From Candidatus Latescibacterota bacterium (GTDB lineage Bacteria; Latescibacterota; UBA2968; UBA8231): a stretch of DNA of 64,000 bases. The notes under the pieces were generated by a model that ran no database searches, was not told the origin of the DNA, and worked only from the letters and a program-made list of their open reading frames with translations. Each line of letters opens with the position of its first letter. Positions within the stretch are counted from its first letter, which is position 1. Both the position numbers and the translations under genes were made by a program. The stretch lies in NCBI GenBank assembly GCA_965248355.1, contig OZ252098.1, positions 3,072,001 to 3,136,000 on the forward strand. Direction: 5' to 3'. Shown piece by piece: positions 10,583-20,434 of this stretch.

Positions 10583-11704
10583 ATGAGCGGCGGTAGGGCC
10601 CGGGCCGGCGGGGTTGTCCTCGCCGTCCTGGGCGCCGCTGCCGCCTGTCCTGCCAACCCTGCGGGTGACCTGGAGCCCGAGCCCATGGTCATCATCATCG
10701 ACGTCAAGCCGCTGCAGCCCCACAAGGGCACCACCCTCGCCTCCAGTCTGCATCCCCTGATGCGGACCATCGGTCCCGAGTGGACCATGGCGCGCCTCCA
10801 GGGCGTCCTGGGCCACGCCTTCCAGTTCGCGATGGAGGAAGGGGGCGCCATGGTCTACCACGACAACCTCGACTGGAGCCTGGCCCTGGACCTGTTGCCC
10901 GAGCTGGCCAGCTTCCGGGCGTACGAGGCCAACCAGGAAAAGGTGGCCGCCGATCTGCCGGCGTTGAAGGCCGAGGCCAGGGATGCCGCCGTATCGAGCC
11001 TGGAGCGGGGGATCCCGGCCCTGGCGTGGCAGCCCATGAGCCTCGAGCAGAAGGGGAGCGATCACCCCGCCCACCACGCCTACTGCTGGGGGCTCATCGT
11101 CGGCTACGACCCCGAGGCGGAGACCTACACCATCCGTCACCCCTTCGTCTCCGTGGACTATGTCGTGCGCTACGACGCCCTCGGCCCCGCCGACCCCGGT
11201 GGGTGGTTCAACGTGACCGTCTTCGAGGGGCCCACCGAGGCGGACGAGAAGGCGACGCACCTCCTGGCGCTGCGCAACGCCCTCGCCTTTGCGGAGGGCA
11301 CGCGGTTCGAGCAGGCCGGCCGTCCCCAGACGCGGCCCCAGGGCTTCGCCGCCTACGAGACCTGGAGCGCCGCCTTCGAGTCCGGGGACATGGTCAACCT
11401 TCCCACGCGCCATCACGCCAAGATCCTGACATGGCGGCGGGAGCTCGCCGCCGACTACATGCGCGAGCTGACCGGCCTGCTGCCGGAAGCGGCGGAACCG
11501 CTCCAAGCGGCGGCCGCTGACTACGACCGTGAGCACGAGTCCCTGCAGGCCCTGTCGGCCCTCGTTGAGGATGCCCATGGCCGTGGCGCGTACACCGACG
11601 ACGAGCGCGCCGAGTCCCGCCGGCTGATCGGTGAGGCCCTGGAGGCGGACCGGGCGGCCGTGAGCCGGATCGAGGCGGCCCTGGCGATCCTGGACGAGTC
11701 GTAA
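10583..11704 (+). CDS. Hypothetical exported protein downstream of the TonB receptor
   Basis: Coding-like GC3 bias, 4 nt after the receptor stop, hydrophobic N-terminus; GIPALAW...WGLIVGYD segment. Confidence 0.75.
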   Translation: MSGGRARAGGVVLAVLGAAAACPANPAGDLEPEPMVIIIDVKPLQPHKGTTLASSLHPLMRTIGPEWTMARLQGVLGHAFQFAMEEGGAMVYHDNLDWSLALDLLPELASFRAYEANQEKVAADLPALKAEARDAAVSSLERGIPALAWQPMSLEQKGSDHPAHHAYCWGLIVGYDPEAETYTIRHPFVSVDYVVRYDALGPADPGGWFNVTVFEGPTEADEKATHLLALRNALAFAEGTRFEQAGRPQTRPQGFAAYETWSAAFESGDMVNLPTRHHAKILTWRRELAADYMRELTGLLPEAAEPLQAAAADYDREHESLQALSALVEDAHGRGAYTDDERAESRRLIGEALEADRAAVSRIEAALAILDES

Positions 11705-11861
11705 CACCGCACCCCCGCTCTCCGCCTTCTCCCAATACGCCAGCGTCTCCCTCGCCGTCTGAGACACCGCGCCCGGGCCGGGCTTTCGCGTTCCGGCGCC
11801 CGGCCTGCCTCTTGCCAAGGTCCACCTTGGCCTGCTCCTTCGCCAAAGGGGGCCATTGAGT

Positions 11862-11887
11862 CCCGGGACTCTCCGGGACTCTCCGGG
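11862..11887. repeat. 10-bp tandem repeat (CCGGGACTCT x~2.5) in a hairpin-rich intergenic region
   Basis: cccgggactctccgggactctccggg read directly. Confidence 0.75.
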
Positions 11888-12029
11888 TCTCGGCCCGGAA
11901 CAGCCCTCCATCAAGCCATGCGACAGGGCCTCGCATGGCCGGGCCGTCTCCCCGTCGTTGAGCCTGGACGGGGGGCGGCCCCCTCTATCCCGAACCCGAC
12001 CCGGGGCGCCTTCGTGAGCGCGATCATCA

Positions 12030-15000
12030 GTGGAGTGTGAGGCGGTTTGCCGCCGCCCCGGCCGCAGGGGACGGCGGAGAGCTCTCTGGTTCCTGGTGAG
12101 CACCCTGGCCGTCTCCGTCCAGGCCTCCGACGCCGTCTCTCGCTTCATCTGCGCCGAGGCCCTGTCCGCGGCCGCGAGCCCGGCCCAGCCGATCCCGCCT
12201 CCCCGCGCCAAGGCCGCCGCCAGCAGCTCCCTCTCGAAGGTCACCGCCCTTGTGGTGTTCACCGGTTTCCGGGGTCAGCAGGACGGCCTGCCCTCCTGGG
12301 CCGAGTCCCTCTTCGACCCGGACCTTCCCGGCAGCGTCAGCCACTTCTATCGGGAGATGTCCTTCGGCCGTCTGACCCTCCAAGGGACCGTGGCGCCCCG
12401 GCGCTACCTCGCCTCCGGCCGCGCGGCCGACTACACCTCGCGCGGTCCCGGGGAGTTCGGCCGCTATGCGGACTTCGTGCAGGAGATCCTGCGCCAGGTA
12501 GACGACGACCTGGATCTGGCCGGGTTCGACGACGACGGGCCCGACGGGCAGCCGGACTCCGGCGACGACGACGGGGAGGTGGACCTGATCGTCGTCCTCA
12601 CACCCTTCCTGCCGCCCAACTTTCTCCTCGGGGGCGCCTCCGGGATCCGCGACCTGGGACTCCACGAGGCCGTGGCCACCTCCGATCCCGGCCACAACGG
12701 AGAGCCGATCGTCTATCGCACCGGCCTGGTCGCCCAGGGCCGCACTCTCGGCGAGGCGGCTGGTATCGTCGCCCACGAGCTGGGGCACACCCCCTTCGGG
12801 CTGCCCGACCTCTACAACGTGGCCTATCTCACCCAGGAGGGGCCGCGCGACCCGGCGGAGGATTCGGCGGGCATCGGCAACTGGGGCCTCATGGGCCGGG
12901 GGGCCCTCGGCTGGGGGGGCGACGACGGCCCCGTGAGCTTCTCCGCGTGGAGCCGCCTCCGCCTCGGCTGGGCCCAGGTCACCGAGGTCGCCAGCGCGTC
13001 CCGGCGCATCGTCCTGCGGGACGTGGCCGAGACGGGGGAACTCGTGAGGATCCCCGCCGGCGCCGAGGAGTACTTCCTGCTCGAATACCGGACCCGCTCC
13101 TCCTGGTACGACCGGGGGATCCCGGCCGAAGGTCTGCTCATCTGGCACGTCATGAGCAACCGCACCGGCGAGGTCACCAAGGTTCACTGGCAGGTCGATC
13201 TGGAGTCCGCCGACGGCCGCTGGAAGGAGGGCGGCTTCCCTGTCGGCCGGACGCCCGATCCCCTCGGCGGCGGGGACAACCTCGACTTCTGGGCCCATGA
13301 CGACGACTACGCCAGGTCCCATGCGGGCAACCTCGGGGACGCCACCGATGTCTTCGGTCCCGCCGGGCGCACGCAGTTCACGGCCGCCACGAACCCGAGC
13401 TCGGCCGACCGGGAGGGCCGGAGCACCTTCGCCATCACCGCCATCGAGCTGACGGAGCGGGGCGTCGAGGCCCAGGTCGAGATCGATGGGCCGCGCATCG
13501 AATTCGAGGGTTTCACGGTGCAGGACCAGACCGGGGACGGCGTCCTCGTGGCCGGCGAGGAGGCCCTCCTGCTCTTCGACCCCGTCAACCACGGCGGACT
13601 TCCGGCCCGCGGCGTCATCCTGACCCTGGAGTCTGTGGACGGCCTGCTCACGGTCACGCCGGAGCGCCACGAGCTGCCCGATTTGCTGCCGGACGTCCAC
13701 CATCTGGGAGGCGCCTTCGAGACCCCGCCCCGGATCGTGGTCTCCACGGACTTCGCCTCCGCGCAGGTGGCCCGGTTGCGGCTCACCGCCCTCGCCGGCG
13801 CCGACACCCTCGGCCGGCAGGACCTGCGGATCCCCGTGATCTGCGCCCGGCAGGTGGATGTCGACTGGGAGGTGCGGGACGGGCAGGGCACGGACCGCAT
13901 CGATCCCGGGGACTTCTTTCGGGTGGACCTGCGGCTCGGCTCGACGGAGCCCGATCTGCTGCCGGCGCTGAGCTTCTATCTGTCCAGTCCCAGCGAGGCC
14001 GCCCTGCGGGTGACCGACGGGGCCGTCCGCTTCACCGCCGAGGGCGAGCAGAGCGCCCGCAGCTCGAGATCGCCGGAGTTCCTGGCCCTGGCCGGGGCCG
14101 CCGGGACCGAGCTGCCCTTCGTGCTGGAGGTGCGCACCCGGTTCCAGGTGTGGACGGACACCGCCGCCTTTGCGGTCACCCGGCGGCCGGACGTGACCCC
14201 GCCGAGGGTGCAGCACGTGCGGCTCTCCCCGGGCCTCGAGGGCCTGATCGTCCAGGTGCGCCGGCGCCACATCCTCGAGGGCGGCGAGATCCGCCGCGTG
14301 TCGGCCCGGATCCACGGCCTGCCCGACTCCGCGCTGGCCGCCGACCTGCCCATGGTCGAACGGGACGCCGTGTACGAGGCCCGATGGGCGGGACCCGCCG
14401 GCACGTACTCGGTCACCGTCGTGGTGGAGGACGGCGACGGGAATGTCGGCGAGAGCGAGGCCTCGCGCATCGAGATCGGAGCCGGCGGCGAGCCACCCCG
14501 TGGGGTGGAACCCGGGGGGCCGGGCCCCGGCGTCGAGCCCCGCCTGGCCGGGGACTGGAGGACCGAGGGACCGGCGGGGCGGCTGCAGGCCGCTCTGCGG
14601 CAGATCCACGCCTCCCGGGGCGGGGCTTGGTACGGCCGGACGAGGTGGCGCGTGTGGCGGTCTCCCGACCAAGGGGCCTCCTGGCAGCCCACCCCCTTCC
14701 TGCTCCCGGGCCGCCACAGGGGTCTCGACGGTTTCGGTTTCATCGATGTGGCCAGTACAGTCCACGGCGACGTGGAAGATCCCCTGACCGCCTACGTCGT
14801 CGAGGGAGGCGCCCTCGCCAACGGCGGGTTCAAGGGAGTCTTCGCGACCCTTGACGGGGGGGCCACATGGTCGTCCGTGCCCTTGCCCGAGGGCGTGGAC
14901 GCCGCCTTCGTCGACCGGCACCTCCCGGACCGGCTCTACGCCGCATCGGACGGGGTCATTCTGGTCTCCGACAACGGGGGACGGAGGTGGACGGAGTTTC

Positions 15001-16793
15001 CCGTCGAGGGACGCCCGCTGGGTGTCTGGTCCCACCCGGCCGATCCGGGCAGGACCTATGCCTGGGTGGACTCCGCGGCAGGGCGGGGCCGGCTCTGGCG
15101 GCTCGACGAGGTCGGCGCAAGAGCCGTCGGCACCAGTCCCGTCCTCTTTACCTGGGTCCTTCCCGTTCCGGATCCCTGGATCCCGGGAGGGTTCTACATG
15201 CCCCTGTGGGACGAGCTGTTGCACACTTCGGATGAGGGAGCCACCTGGCGGGTCCTGGAGGTGGACGTGGGGAGCTACATCGCGGGCCTGGCCGTCTCGG
15301 ACTCCGAACCCGGACTGATCTACGCGCACAGTGAGAGACTCCTGTTCCGCAGTCACGACGGCGGTGAGACGTGGCAGGGGACCGGGGCTCGATTCGATCG
15401 GTCCGACAATGTGGAGAGCGTGAGCACCTTCGGTCCTTCCGGCCTGCTGATCCAGACTCGGGGAGGCGTGTACGTCTCCACCAACGGGGGCGAAGCGGCC
15501 GTTCCGGTCACGGTCGAGGAGGTCCGACCACCGGCCGGTACCCTGTGGTTCGACGAGTTGGACCGCCTGCACGTGGCCACCCTCCAGTCGAGGGACGGCG
15601 AGCGGTACATGGGCCTCTACCGACAGGACAAGGGCGCCTGGCAGTGGCTGGAGAGCTGGAGGTACTACTCCTTCCTGACGGGGCCCTACGAAGTCGTCTT
15701 CCAGGACCCCTGGGCCGGCGAGGTGCTGATCGCCAACTTTGCCGGCACCACCGGCTACCTGCGCAGCCCCACCGGCGGGGCCACCTGGGAACCCCTGGAG
15801 AGCAACGGAACAATCGGCTCACCCCATGTCGTCAACCCCTTCCTCCCGCGCCCCTCCATCTTTGCCGACCCGTGGAGGCCCGGCGTCATCTACTTGGCGG
15901 ACGCGGGTCTGTGGATGAGCTCGGACCACGGTGAGAGCTGGGAGAGGATGGGACCCTACGCCGATCGCGAGGATCTGACAGGCCGCGGGCAGCCCGGGAG
16001 CCTCCTGCGCCCCGGGGGGGGGCTGCTGGCTTCCCAGGACTCCCTGGCCGTCCTCTACGGCGACTCCCTCTGGGTGGGCCACAAGGATGGCTGGGACTGG
16101 AGGGCGGTGGGCCGGCTCGAGCCCGGGGTATCGGGTCTGGACCTGGCCCGGCATCCGGACGAGCCCGGCGTCCTCTACGCGGCAGCCAACAGGGGGTGCT
16201 TCGTCTCCGGCGACGGGGGGCGGACCTGGCGCCGGGTCCTGGAGCCCCGGAGGGGGTGGTGGAAGACGGCGCGCCTCCGCGGCCACCCGCGCGACGCCGA
16301 CGCCCTCTACCTGGCCGCCGACCGCGAGCTGTATCACAGCCCCGACCGCGGCGCCACCTGGCGCGCCCTCGATCCAGGCTATCCCGGGGTCCCGTGGATC
16401 AACGACGTGGCCGTCGATCCCCTCGACCCGTCGACCCTATACGTGGCCACGAGCGTCGGCCTGTTCTCCATCGAACATGCGCCGACGGCGATCGCCGGGG
16501 ACCTGACGGTGCCAGGGTCGTCGGAGCTGATGAGGAGCTACCCCAATCCCTTCAACGCGAGCACCCTCATCCCCTTCCGGCTGGGGGCCACCGGCCGGGT
16601 GAGGATCGACATCTTCAACCTGCTCGGGCAGCGGGTCCGCCGGCTCCTCGACGAGCCTCGCGCCACGGGCGTCCACCGGGTGCGCTGGGACGGCACCGGC
16701 GACCGGGGGTCCCTGGTAGGCAGCGGCCTCTACTTCTACCGGCTCACCACCGGCGATGTCGCCGAGACCCGGCGCTGCATGCTGGTCCGGTGA
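12030..16793 (+). CDS. M6 (immune inhibitor A-like) metalloprotease with BNR/VPS10-like propeller repeats and FlgD/T9SS-like CTD; start uncertain
   Basis: AHELGHTPFGLPDLY, WGLMG, EYFLLEYR, GLLIWHV; many S.DGG.TW boxes; YPNPFNAST...GSGLYFYRL. Confidence 0.88.
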   Translation: MECEAVCRRPGRRGRRRALWFLVSTLAVSVQASDAVSRFICAEALSAAASPAQPIPPPRAKAAASSSLSKVTALVVFTGFRGQQDGLPSWAESLFDPDLPGSVSHFYREMSFGRLTLQGTVAPRRYLASGRAADYTSRGPGEFGRYADFVQEILRQVDDDLDLAGFDDDGPDGQPDSGDDDGEVDLIVVLTPFLPPNFLLGGASGIRDLGLHEAVATSDPGHNGEPIVYRTGLVAQGRTLGEAAGIVAHELGHTPFGLPDLYNVAYLTQEGPRDPAEDSAGIGNWGLMGRGALGWGGDDGPVSFSAWSRLRLGWAQVTEVASASRRIVLRDVAETGELVRIPAGAEEYFLLEYRTRSSWYDRGIPAEGLLIWHVMSNRTGEVTKVHWQVDLESADGRWKEGGFPVGRTPDPLGGGDNLDFWAHDDDYARSHAGNLGDATDVFGPAGRTQFTAATNPSSADREGRSTFAITAIELTERGVEAQVEIDGPRIEFEGFTVQDQTGDGVLVAGEEALLLFDPVNHGGLPARGVILTLESVDGLLTVTPERHELPDLLPDVHHLGGAFETPPRIVVSTDFASAQVARLRLTALAGADTLGRQDLRIPVICARQVDVDWEVRDGQGTDRIDPGDFFRVDLRLGSTEPDLLPALSFYLSSPSEAALRVTDGAVRFTAEGEQSARSSRSPEFLALAGAAGTELPFVLEVRTRFQVWTDTAAFAVTRRPDVTPPRVQHVRLSPGLEGLIVQVRRRHILEGGEIRRVSARIHGLPDSALAADLPMVERDAVYEARWAGPAGTYSVTVVVEDGDGNVGESEASRIEIGAGGEPPRGVEPGGPGPGVEPRLAGDWRTEGPAGRLQAALRQIHASRGGAWYGRTRWRVWRSPDQGASWQPTPFLLPGRHRGLDGFGFIDVASTVHGDVEDPLTAYVVEGGALANGGFKGVFATLDGGATWSSVPLPEGVDAAFVDRHLPDRLYAASDGVILVSDNGGRRWTEFPVEGRPLGVWSHPADPGRTYAWVDSAAGRGRLWRLDEVGARAVGTSPVLFTWVLPVPDPWIPGGFYMPLWDELLHTSDEGATWRVLEVDVGSYIAGLAVSDSEPGLIYAHSERLLFRSHDGGETWQGTGARFDRSDNVESVSTFGPSGLLIQTRGGVYVSTNGGEAAVPVTVEEVRPPAGTLWFDELDRLHVATLQSRDGERYMGLYRQDKGAWQWLESWRYYSFLTGPYEVVFQDPWAGEVLIANFAGTTGYLRSPTGGATWEPLESNGTIGSPHVVNPFLPRPSIFADPWRPGVIYLADAGLWMSSDHGESWERMGPYADREDLTGRGQPGSLLRPGGGLLASQDSLAVLYGDSLWVGHKDGWDWRAVGRLEPGVSGLDLARHPDEPGVLYAAANRGCFVSGDGGRTWRRVLEPRRGWWKTARLRGHPRDADALYLAADRELYHSPDRGATWRALDPGYPGVPWINDVAVDPLDPSTLYVATSVGLFSIEHAPTAIAGDLTVPGSSELMRSYPNPFNASTLIPFRLGATGRVRIDIFNLLGQRVRRLLDEPRATGVHRVRWDGTGDRGSLVGSGLYFYRLTTGDVAETRRCMLVR

Positions 16794-16842
16794 GCCCGGC
16801 GGGATGCCACGCCCAGGCGGCGCCGGTGCCCCGCCCGACCGA

Positions 16843-16871
16843 TTGATTGCATCGCAATCATTACGTAGCTT
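16843..16871 (+). promoter_or_regulatory. fitAB promoter with overlapping operator palindrome
   Basis: TTGATT-17-TAGCTT; perfect inverted repeat TGATTGC-atc-GCAATCA (16844-16860) over the -35 box. Confidence 0.65.
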
Positions 16872-16900
16872 GGGCTCCCAGGCAAACAGGGAGCCGACTC

Positions 16901-17170
16901 ATGGCGAGCATCACGATCCGCAATCTCGAGGACGACATAAAGACCCGGCTCCGCAAGCGGGCGGCTGAGCGTGGCCGGTCGATGGAAGAGGAAGCACGGC
17001 TGATCCTGGCCGCGGCGGTCGAGCGGGAGGCGGCGCCCGCGAAGGGCCTGGGAACGGCGCTCCACGAACTCTTCAAGCCCTTCGGGGGAGTGGAACTGGA
17101 ACTGCCGCCGCGCGAACCGATGCGCGAACCACCGCGCTTCGACCGGGGTGACGGCGATGGTCGTGCTTGA
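16901..17170 (+). CDS. fitA: FitA-like ribbon-helix-helix antitoxin
   Basis: MASITIRNLEDDIKTRLRKRAAERGRSMEEEAR; GGAG SD. Confidence 0.88.
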   Translation: MASITIRNLEDDIKTRLRKRAAERGRSMEEEARLILAAAVEREAAPAKGLGTALHELFKPFGGVELELPPREPMREPPRFDRGDGDGRA

Positions 17171-17576
17171 TACCAATGTCGTCTCCGAGTTGATGCAGAG
17201 CCAACCGAGTTCGAGGGTCCTGGCCTGGCTCGACGACCGGCCGACGCGGGAGCTCTTCGTGACGGCGCTGACCGAGGCGGAGGTCCGCACGGGCATCGCG
17301 TTTCTGCCCGAGGGGGCCCGCCGCCGGGGTCTTGCGGAGGCTGCCGAGCGTGCCTTCGGCGGGCTGTTCGCCGGTCGGGTCCTGCCGTTTGACAGTACCG
17401 CGGCTCGCGTCTACGCGGAGATCGCCGCGGCGCGGCGCGCGGCCGGGCGTCCACTCTGCCAGACCGACGGTCAGATCGCGGCCATCGCTCGCTCCCGAGG
17501 TATGACGGTGGCGACGCGGAACGTTCGGGGTTTCTCCGAGACGGGGATTGAGGTGATCGACCCCTCCGACGCCTGA
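17157..17576 (+). CDS. vapC: PIN-domain toxin (VapC/FitB)
   Basis: VLDTNVVSE, DGQIAAIA and ATRN motifs; overlaps the antitoxin. Confidence 0.92.
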   Translation: MVVLDTNVVSELMQSQPSSRVLAWLDDRPTRELFVTALTEAEVRTGIAFLPEGARRRGLAEAAERAFGGLFAGRVLPFDSTAARVYAEIAAARRAAGRPLCQTDGQIAAIARSRGMTVATRNVRGFSETGIEVIDPSDA

Positions 17577-17598
17577 CCCGAGCGCGGCTCCAGGCCGC

Positions 17599-18156
17599 TC
17601 ATGGGCAGCCTTCCCACCGCTCCCATCCCCGGCCCTCGTGGATGCTCTCGAACTCACTGGGATGCAGGATCTCCGCGATGATCTCCGCCGACTCCACCAG
17701 GCGCGGCCCCGGGCGGTTGAAGTACTGGTTGCCGTCGGTGAGGAAGACCCGCCCCTGACGCACGGATGTCGTCCCAGAGATCCTCCAGGCGGTTGGGCTC
17801 CAGCGACAGGATCGCCGGCCGGGAGCGCACCAGTTGGCCGGCCGCCTCCTCGACCTCCTTCAGGCTGACGGCGCAGACCTCGCACTGCGACTGGGTCACC
17901 AGCCAGTCGGGCGCCAGCTCGTCGAGCAGGCCGGCGTCCACCCGGTAGACCGAGGCGGCCTCCTGCAGGATGGCCTTGACCCGCTGGTCGACCTCGTAGG
18001 AGGTGCCGTCCGGGTGAACCTGGGAGCCGTGCAGGCGGGCAGACCGTCGATCCCGGGCGGATGGTCGCACTCGTGGGACCGGCCGACCAGGAGGTCGCGG
18101 CAGCCGAGGGCGCAGATGATCTCGGTGCTGCTGGGCAGGAGGGAGACGACGCGCAT
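17599..18156 (-). pseudogene. Decayed second cobalamin/Fe-siderophore-type binding protein
   Basis: MRVVSLLPSSTEIICALG..GRSHECD, frameshift at ~18025, ...QSQCEVCAV...DDIR, then an out-of-frame junction at ~17762 to [28 protein letters not shown]. The central part is missing. Confidence 0.82.
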
Positions 18157-18176
18157 GGAGGACTCCGTCAGGTGGG

Positions 18177-19184
18177 TTACGGTGGATCGTGTCTCAGGCA
18201 GCCCACCAGTTCGTGGAGGGTGGAGCAGAGACGAGGACCCGCCGCGGTGTGGAGCCGCCAGGCCGGGCCGTCGTCGCCGCGGGGAACGATCTCGACGCGC
18301 GGAGGTGTCTGCCGCCCGGCGTCGACGCGGAAGCCGGCCCGTTCGAGGGCGCGCGCCGTCCACAGGGCCTGGAGTCCCTCGCCGGTAAGGCCGATCTCGC
18401 CCTCGGGCCTCCGCGCCAGGTGGAAGGACCCGGTGGCGGGGTCGAAGTCGCCGAAGGTGCGCTGGAAGGCCCCGTTCAGCACGAGGTCCTCCGGCGCCCC
18501 GGTCTGCAGGGGGCCCCCCGGCGGCAGCAGCCACAGGCGGTCGGCGCTGCGCAGGGCCAGGTCGAGGTCGTGGGTGGAGAGCAGCACGGCGCGGTCCCCC
18601 TCGCCGGCCAGGCGCCGCAACAACTGCACGATCTCCACCCGCCTCGGCAGATCGAGGAAGGCCGTGGGCTCGTCGAGGAGGAGCACCGCCGGCTCCTGGG
18701 CCAGGGCCCGGGCGATGGTCACCTTCTGGCGCTCGCCGTCGCTCAGCTCGCCAACGCTGCGCGCCGCCAGCTCCCGGGCCCCCACCGCCTCCATGGCCCA
18801 GCGCACGACCTCCTCGTCCGCCGGCGACAGGCGGCCGTCCCAGCCGGTGTACGGATAGCGGCCCAGCGCCGCCAGGGCGTAGGCCGAGAGGTTGCCCGTG
18901 TCCACGCGCTCGGTCAGGACCAGGCCCAGGTGGCGGGCCCGCTCGCCCTCGCCGAAGGTGTGCAGGTCGCGCCCCTTGAGCAGCACCTGTCCGGCGAGCG
19001 GCTTCTGCAGGCCGGCCAGGGTGCGCACGAGGGTGGACTTGCCGGCCCCGTTGGGTCCCAGCAGGCAGACCAATTCTCCGGCGAGCAGCTCCACGCCGAG
19101 GTCGGCGGCCACCTCGACCCGGGGGCGCCGCCGGGGCGCGTAGCCGATGCCCAGGCCGCGGGCCTGCAGGATGGCGGCGCTCAC
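18177..19184 (-). CDS. btuD: ABC ATPase of the B12 importer
   Basis: GPNGAGKST, LSDGERQK, LLLDEPT and STHD; operon context. Confidence 0.88.
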   Translation of the reverse strand: MSAAILQARGLGIGYAPRRRPRVEVAADLGVELLAGELVCLLGPNGAGKSTLVRTLAGLQKPLAGQVLLKGRDLHTFGEGERARHLGLVLTERVDTGNLSAYALAALGRYPYTGWDGRLSPADEEVVRWAMEAVGARELAARSVGELSDGERQKVTIARALAQEPAVLLLDEPTAFLDLPRRVEIVQLLRRLAGEGDRAVLLSTHDLDLALRSADRLWLLPPGGPLQTGAPEDLVLNGAFQRTFGDFDPATGSFHLARRPEGEIGLTGEGLQALWTARALERAGFRVDAGRQTPPRVEIVPRGDDGPAWRLHTAAGPRLCSTLHELVGCLRHDPP

Positions 19185-19188
19185 GGGC

Positions 19189-20277
19189 TCAGGCGGCGAA
19201 GGCCTGCCGCAGGTTGCGGCGCCGCAGGATGATCCAGGTGACCACCGGCGCGCCGATGAGGGCGGTCACGGCGTTGAGGGGCAGGGTGGCCTCGCTGCCG
19301 GGCAGGCGCGCCGCCAGGTCCGCGCTCAGGGCCAGCATGGCGCCCAGGAGCAGGGTGGCCGGCAGCAGCACGCGGTGGTCGGAGGTGTTGAAGAGGGCGC
19401 GGCACAGGTGCGGCACGGCCACCCCCAGGAAGCCGATGGGTCCGCAGTAGGCGGTGACCGCTCCGGCCAGCAGCGCGGCGCTGGCGATGATCCACAGCCG
19501 CGCCCGCCGGGCGTCCAGGCCCATGCTGCGGGCATAGGTCTCGCCGAGGAGCAGGGCGTTGAGCGGCTTCACCAGCAGGCCGGCGATCCCCAGGCCGGCG
19601 AGCACCACCGGCGCCAGAATGGCGAGCTGGCCCCAGGTGACGGCGCCGAAGCTGCCGAAGGTCCACAGCACGTAGGTCTGCACCTGCTCGGGGATGCTGA
19701 AGTAGAGGAGGACGCTCACCAGGGCGCCCGTCAGGTAGCCGAACATGAGGCCGAGGATGAGCAGGGTCATGGCGTTCTGCAGGCGCCGCCCCACCAGCAG
19801 CACCAGGCCCAGGACCAGGCCCGCCCCGGCCACGGCCGCGGCCACCACCCCCGCCTGGCCCAGGAGCCCCAGTCCGGCCAGCAGCCCGCCGCCGGTGACC
19901 CCCGTGCCCAGGACCACCAGGGCCACCCCCAGACTGGCCCCGGCGCTGATGCCGAGGATGAAGGGGTCGGCCAGGGGATTGCGGAACAGGGTCTGCATCT
20001 GCAGGCCGCTGGCGCTCAGGGCGGCGCCGGCCAGGACCGCGGTGAGGGCCCGGGGCAGGCGGATGGCGTGGACGATGTGGCTCCAGCTCGCCTTCTGGCC
20101 GGCCTCGTCCCAGAGGATGGCGGCCACCGCGTCGAGGGGGATGGAGACCGACCCGAAGCCGAGGCTGAGGGCGAAGAGGCCGGCCAGGGCGGCGGCGAGG
20201 GCCGCGAACAGCCCGCGGCGGGGACCCAGGCGGGGCCAGGGGGGGCTGTCGGCCGCGGCGGCGGAAGAGGCGGGCAC
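19189..20277 (-). CDS. btuC: FecCD/BtuC-family permease
   Basis: RLPRAL, FRNPLADPFILGISAGA, GPIGFLG.AVPH. Confidence 0.9.
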   Translation of the reverse strand: MPASSAAAADSPPWPRLGPRRGLFAALAAALAGLFALSLGFGSVSIPLDAVAAILWDEAGQKASWSHIVHAIRLPRALTAVLAGAALSASGLQMQTLFRNPLADPFILGISAGASLGVALVVLGTGVTGGGLLAGLGLLGQAGVVAAAVAGAGLVLGLVLLVGRRLQNAMTLLILGLMFGYLTGALVSVLLYFSIPEQVQTYVLWTFGSFGAVTWGQLAILAPVVLAGLGIAGLLVKPLNALLLGETYARSMGLDARRARLWIIASAALLAGAVTAYCGPIGFLGVAVPHLCRALFNTSDHRVLLPATLLLGAMLALSADLAARLPGSEATLPLNAVTALIGAPVVTWIILRRRNLRQAFAA

Positions 20278-20280
20278 GGG
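20221..20280 (-). repeat. Copy 1 of an imperfect ~60-bp direct repeat (5' end of btuC)
   Basis: Minus strand cccGTGcccgcctcttccgccgccgcggccgacagccccccctggccccg aligns with 21969-22027. Confidence 0.75.
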
Positions 20281-20434
20281 TCGGTTCAGAGCCGTTCCGA
20301 CGGCCGGATCTCTAGTGGCAATTGAACGTCCACGTCCTCTTGTAACCCCTTGTACACGACGATAACCGTTTTATTGATAATGGAATGTCCACGGCGTATT
20401 CTAATCCCGTTTCCACGAACATAAGCGTTTTCGG

